DNA from: Candidatus Omnitrophota bacterium
GTDB lineage: Bacteria; Omnitrophota; Gorgyraeia; Zapsychrales; Fredricksoniimonadaceae
NCBI GenBank assembly: GCA_015233165.1
Contig: JADFYF010000006.1
Location: 1-52,526 of the forward strand
Reading direction: 5' to 3'
Length of the DNA: 52,526 bases
A program made the translations under genes and the position numbers. Positions 50,285 to 52,526 of the stretch are shown piece by piece. The notes below the pieces were generated by a model. The model was not told the DNA's origin. It searched no databases and worked only from the letters and a program-made list of their open reading frames with translations. The stretch's first letter is position 1. Each line of letters begins with the position of its first letter.

Positions 50285-52285
50285 ATGAAGAAAAGAATGA
50301 TTATTGGGCTGGTGTTGTTAATCGTGATGGCCATTGGTATGGGTATCTTTTTATTTACCAGACCATCCACGTTGAAAATGGATCAGGTTTTTCCTTCAAA
50401 AGCTTTAATGTATGGACGCCTTTCTCATGTAGCGACTGATTTGAATCAATTGGCCCAAAGTGAATTCTGGAAAAATATTTCCACGGTGGATGTTCCTAAG
50501 GTCTTAGCTCGTAATAAGGTCTCCTCTAAAGATGTTGTGCGCTTGCAGAAAACTCAGAAGGAAATCGAAGTTATTCTGAATAGTCCTTTGACGAAGAAAT
50601 TTTTAGGAACAGAGATGGCGTTGGGTGTTTATGACAAGGAGGCTTTTGATATTAAAGGCGTCCAGAATTCTTATGATGTTCTTTTTGCAACACGTTTAGG
50701 GTTTTCTTTGCAAATGGCGGAATTGTTTGTTTCTATGGCTCATCAGTGGTCTGATGATGTGACCACAAGTAGTGAGAGCTACAATGGATTTAATATTGTT
50801 CATGTCCATTTTAGTAAACGCAGATTAGACCTTCAGTACATGCGTATTCATGATATTTTATTAGTCTCTTTTTATCCTTCCAATATTCTGCATAGAGTTA
50901 TTGATGCGTACTTAAAGAAACAACCATCCTTGGTTCTAGATGAGGATTTCTCTAAAATCTCCCCCTATGCCTATCCCAAGGGACATGGGGTGCTATTTAT
51001 TAATGTTCAGAGATTCTTGGGTATTTTGAAGACACATATACCTCCCCTTCAGCAAGTTAAGTTTCAGAAACTTTCCGATGCTGCTGCTGGTTTTAAATCC
51101 TATTCATTGTCCTTCTCGCCGGACGAAGTGTCTAAGATGAAAATGATTATGTATTTTGAACCGAAGCAGTTGAATCATTATTGGCAGGCATTGTCTTCCT
51201 GTGCAGAATCCAAGAACCTTTCTTTAAGATTTGTACCGCATAGTGCCATCGCCTATAACTGGGGACAATGTTACGACTTTAAGGAGCTTTGGAATGAAAC
51301 GAAGGAGAGGATTGACTCTTCGGGGCATTCAAAAGAAGGGCTGGGCAAGTGGAAGCACCGTCTGGAGAAAAGATTTAAGATTGATGTGGATAATGATGTC
51401 TTACCGGTTTTAGGTTCGCAGGTCGGTTGGTATTTAAATGATGTGGATACTCAAGGGCTGTTTCCTTATCCTCGAGGGGTAGCTTTTATAAAAATTGAAA
51501 ATCGTGAAGCAGCTGAGAATTTAATGCAGAAGGTAACAAAGAATCCTCTTGTCGAAATTAAAGAGGAAGACTATCAGCAATCGGCTATTCATTATATGAC
51601 ACTTCCATTAGGGGCGAATATGGATCCGGGTTATGCTTTCTTAGGGGATTATTTATTACTAGGAACGTCTAAGGAGTCTTTAAAAACCTCTATTGATGCT
51701 TTTAGCAATTCTAATCAGTCTTTAGAATCGAGCGAGACGTTAAGACAATTTCAAATCAAATCAACTGATATCAACAAGGGAGTGACATTCTTTAAGATTG
51801 ATGATATTTCAGGCAGACTCCAACAGCTGTTAGATTGGTATAACAAGACGATTTCTTCTCAAATTACAGGAGCCTTGGCGTATCAGCAAGAGGCTCAGGA
51901 TCGTAAGAAGGATTTAGAAGAGTCTTTTGGCTCTAAGAAGGAGGAGTTGGTTTTGGCTCAGAAGAAGCTTAAGGTTCTTCAGTCAAAGATATTGCCTGCA
52001 GAGAGTTCAGAAGAGGAAAAGGTTTATCAGCAGGAAAATATCGATCATATGAGTTTGGACATAAAACAATTGCAGGAAGATGTGGATTCTTACGATCAAC
52101 AAAAGAAAGAATTACAAAAAGCTTTTGTTGCCTATCAGGGGCAGGCGGAAGCCGCTAAATTGTGGTTATTTAATTCAGAGGAGGTTTTGATGCCTTTTCT
52201 CAAAGGGTTTGAAAGCCTGCATGCACTAGGAATTAAATGGCATCTCAATGGTCAGGTTAGTGAGACGGAGATATTTGTTAAATGA
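50285..52285 (+). CDS. Membrane-anchored DUF3352-like protein with coiled-coil insertion
   Basis: N-terminal TM; twice-repeated P......Y / LG.E(Q)...G-Y / YL architecture; heptad-rich stretch near the C-terminus. Confidence 0.6.
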   Translation: MKKRMIIGLVLLIVMAIGMGIFLFTRPSTLKMDQVFPSKALMYGRLSHVATDLNQLAQSEFWKNISTVDVPKVLARNKVSSKDVVRLQKTQKEIEVILNSPLTKKFLGTEMALGVYDKEAFDIKGVQNSYDVLFATRLGFSLQMAELFVSMAHQWSDDVTTSSESYNGFNIVHVHFSKRRLDLQYMRIHDILLVSFYPSNILHRVIDAYLKKQPSLVLDEDFSKISPYAYPKGHGVLFINVQRFLGILKTHIPPLQQVKFQKLSDAAAGFKSYSLSFSPDEVSKMKMIMYFEPKQLNHYWQALSSCAESKNLSLRFVPHSAIAYNWGQCYDFKELWNETKERIDSSGHSKEGLGKWKHRLEKRFKIDVDNDVLPVLGSQVGWYLNDVDTQGLFPYPRGVAFIKIENREAAENLMQKVTKNPLVEIKEEDYQQSAIHYMTLPLGANMDPGYAFLGDYLLLGTSKESLKTSIDAFSNSNQSLESSETLRQFQIKSTDINKGVTFFKIDDISGRLQQLLDWYNKTISSQITGALAYQQEAQDRKKDLEESFGSKKEELVLAQKKLKVLQSKILPAESSEEEKVYQQENIDHMSLDIKQLQEDVDSYDQQKKELQKAFVAYQGQAEAAKLWLFNSEEVLMPFLKGFESLHALGIKWHLNGQVSETEIFVK

Positions 52286-52329
52286 CAGTGTCCAGAAAAC
52301 TCTTAATACTCGTTTGTTTATTGATGTTG

Positions 52330-52455
52330 TGTACAACCCAAAGTGGTTGCGCATTGCTGCAATTACCCTTCCAGGCCCTTGGGACTGCTGTGGGTTTGGC
52401 AGGACAAGCGGCACAGGTAGGTATAGCCGCAGCTCCCTATGCTGCTCCTTTTTTT
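52330..52455 (+). ncRNA. Candidate structured RNA or attenuator
   Basis: GC-rich island in AT-rich intergenic DNA with nested stems, ending in a hairpin plus T7. Confidence 0.4.
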
Positions 52456-52457
52456 CT

Positions 52458-52489
52458 TTAACGAGTCCTTTCCCATTCTTACTCGTTAA
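52458..52489. promoter_or_regulatory. Inverted repeat just upstream of a TTGACA -35 box (52500-52505)
   Basis: TTAACGAGT-N14-ACTCGTTAA. Confidence 0.45.
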
Positions 52490-52526
52490 GAAATTTTAAT
52501 TGACAGTCTTAACGATTAATATTTAG

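Noticed and set aside
52226-52499. ORFs 52226-52414 (-) and 52248-52499 (+)
   Set aside because: No RBS or recognisable protein features; the region is better explained as structured non-coding DNA/RNA.

Overview
Bacterial chromosomal window, probably from Candidatus Omnitrophota (PVC superphylum); this is inferred from gene content and the style of the first ORF, not from a database search. It opens with the 3' end of a very large modular ORF, open to the window edge. That ORF is punctuated by D-x-A-M junctions with conserved DNA sequence, carries internal export-signal-like segments (one twin-arginine), and ends in a GGIDFN tail; it is the best candidate for an undescribed system. Next come a DUF4160/DUF2442 toxin-antitoxin-like pair and a housekeeping block: MBL hydrolase, redoxin, a frameshifted inositol monophosphatase, M20 and M16 peptidases, trpBA, iscA/erpA, thiC, two PilZ proteins, RluA, cdaA with an unannotated 29-aa CdaR-like microprotein, pdxJ, acpS and nnrD. 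About 30 kb of surface-glycan genes follow, interrupted by pfk, recN and an archaeal-type Hel308 helicase, and the window ends with dtd, tatD and a DUF3352-like gene. Non-coding features include two candidate structured RNAs, several REP/MITE-like palindromes (one inserted in frame in thiC, one nested) and at least five apparently leaderless promoters. All family calls come from recognising motifs by eye.
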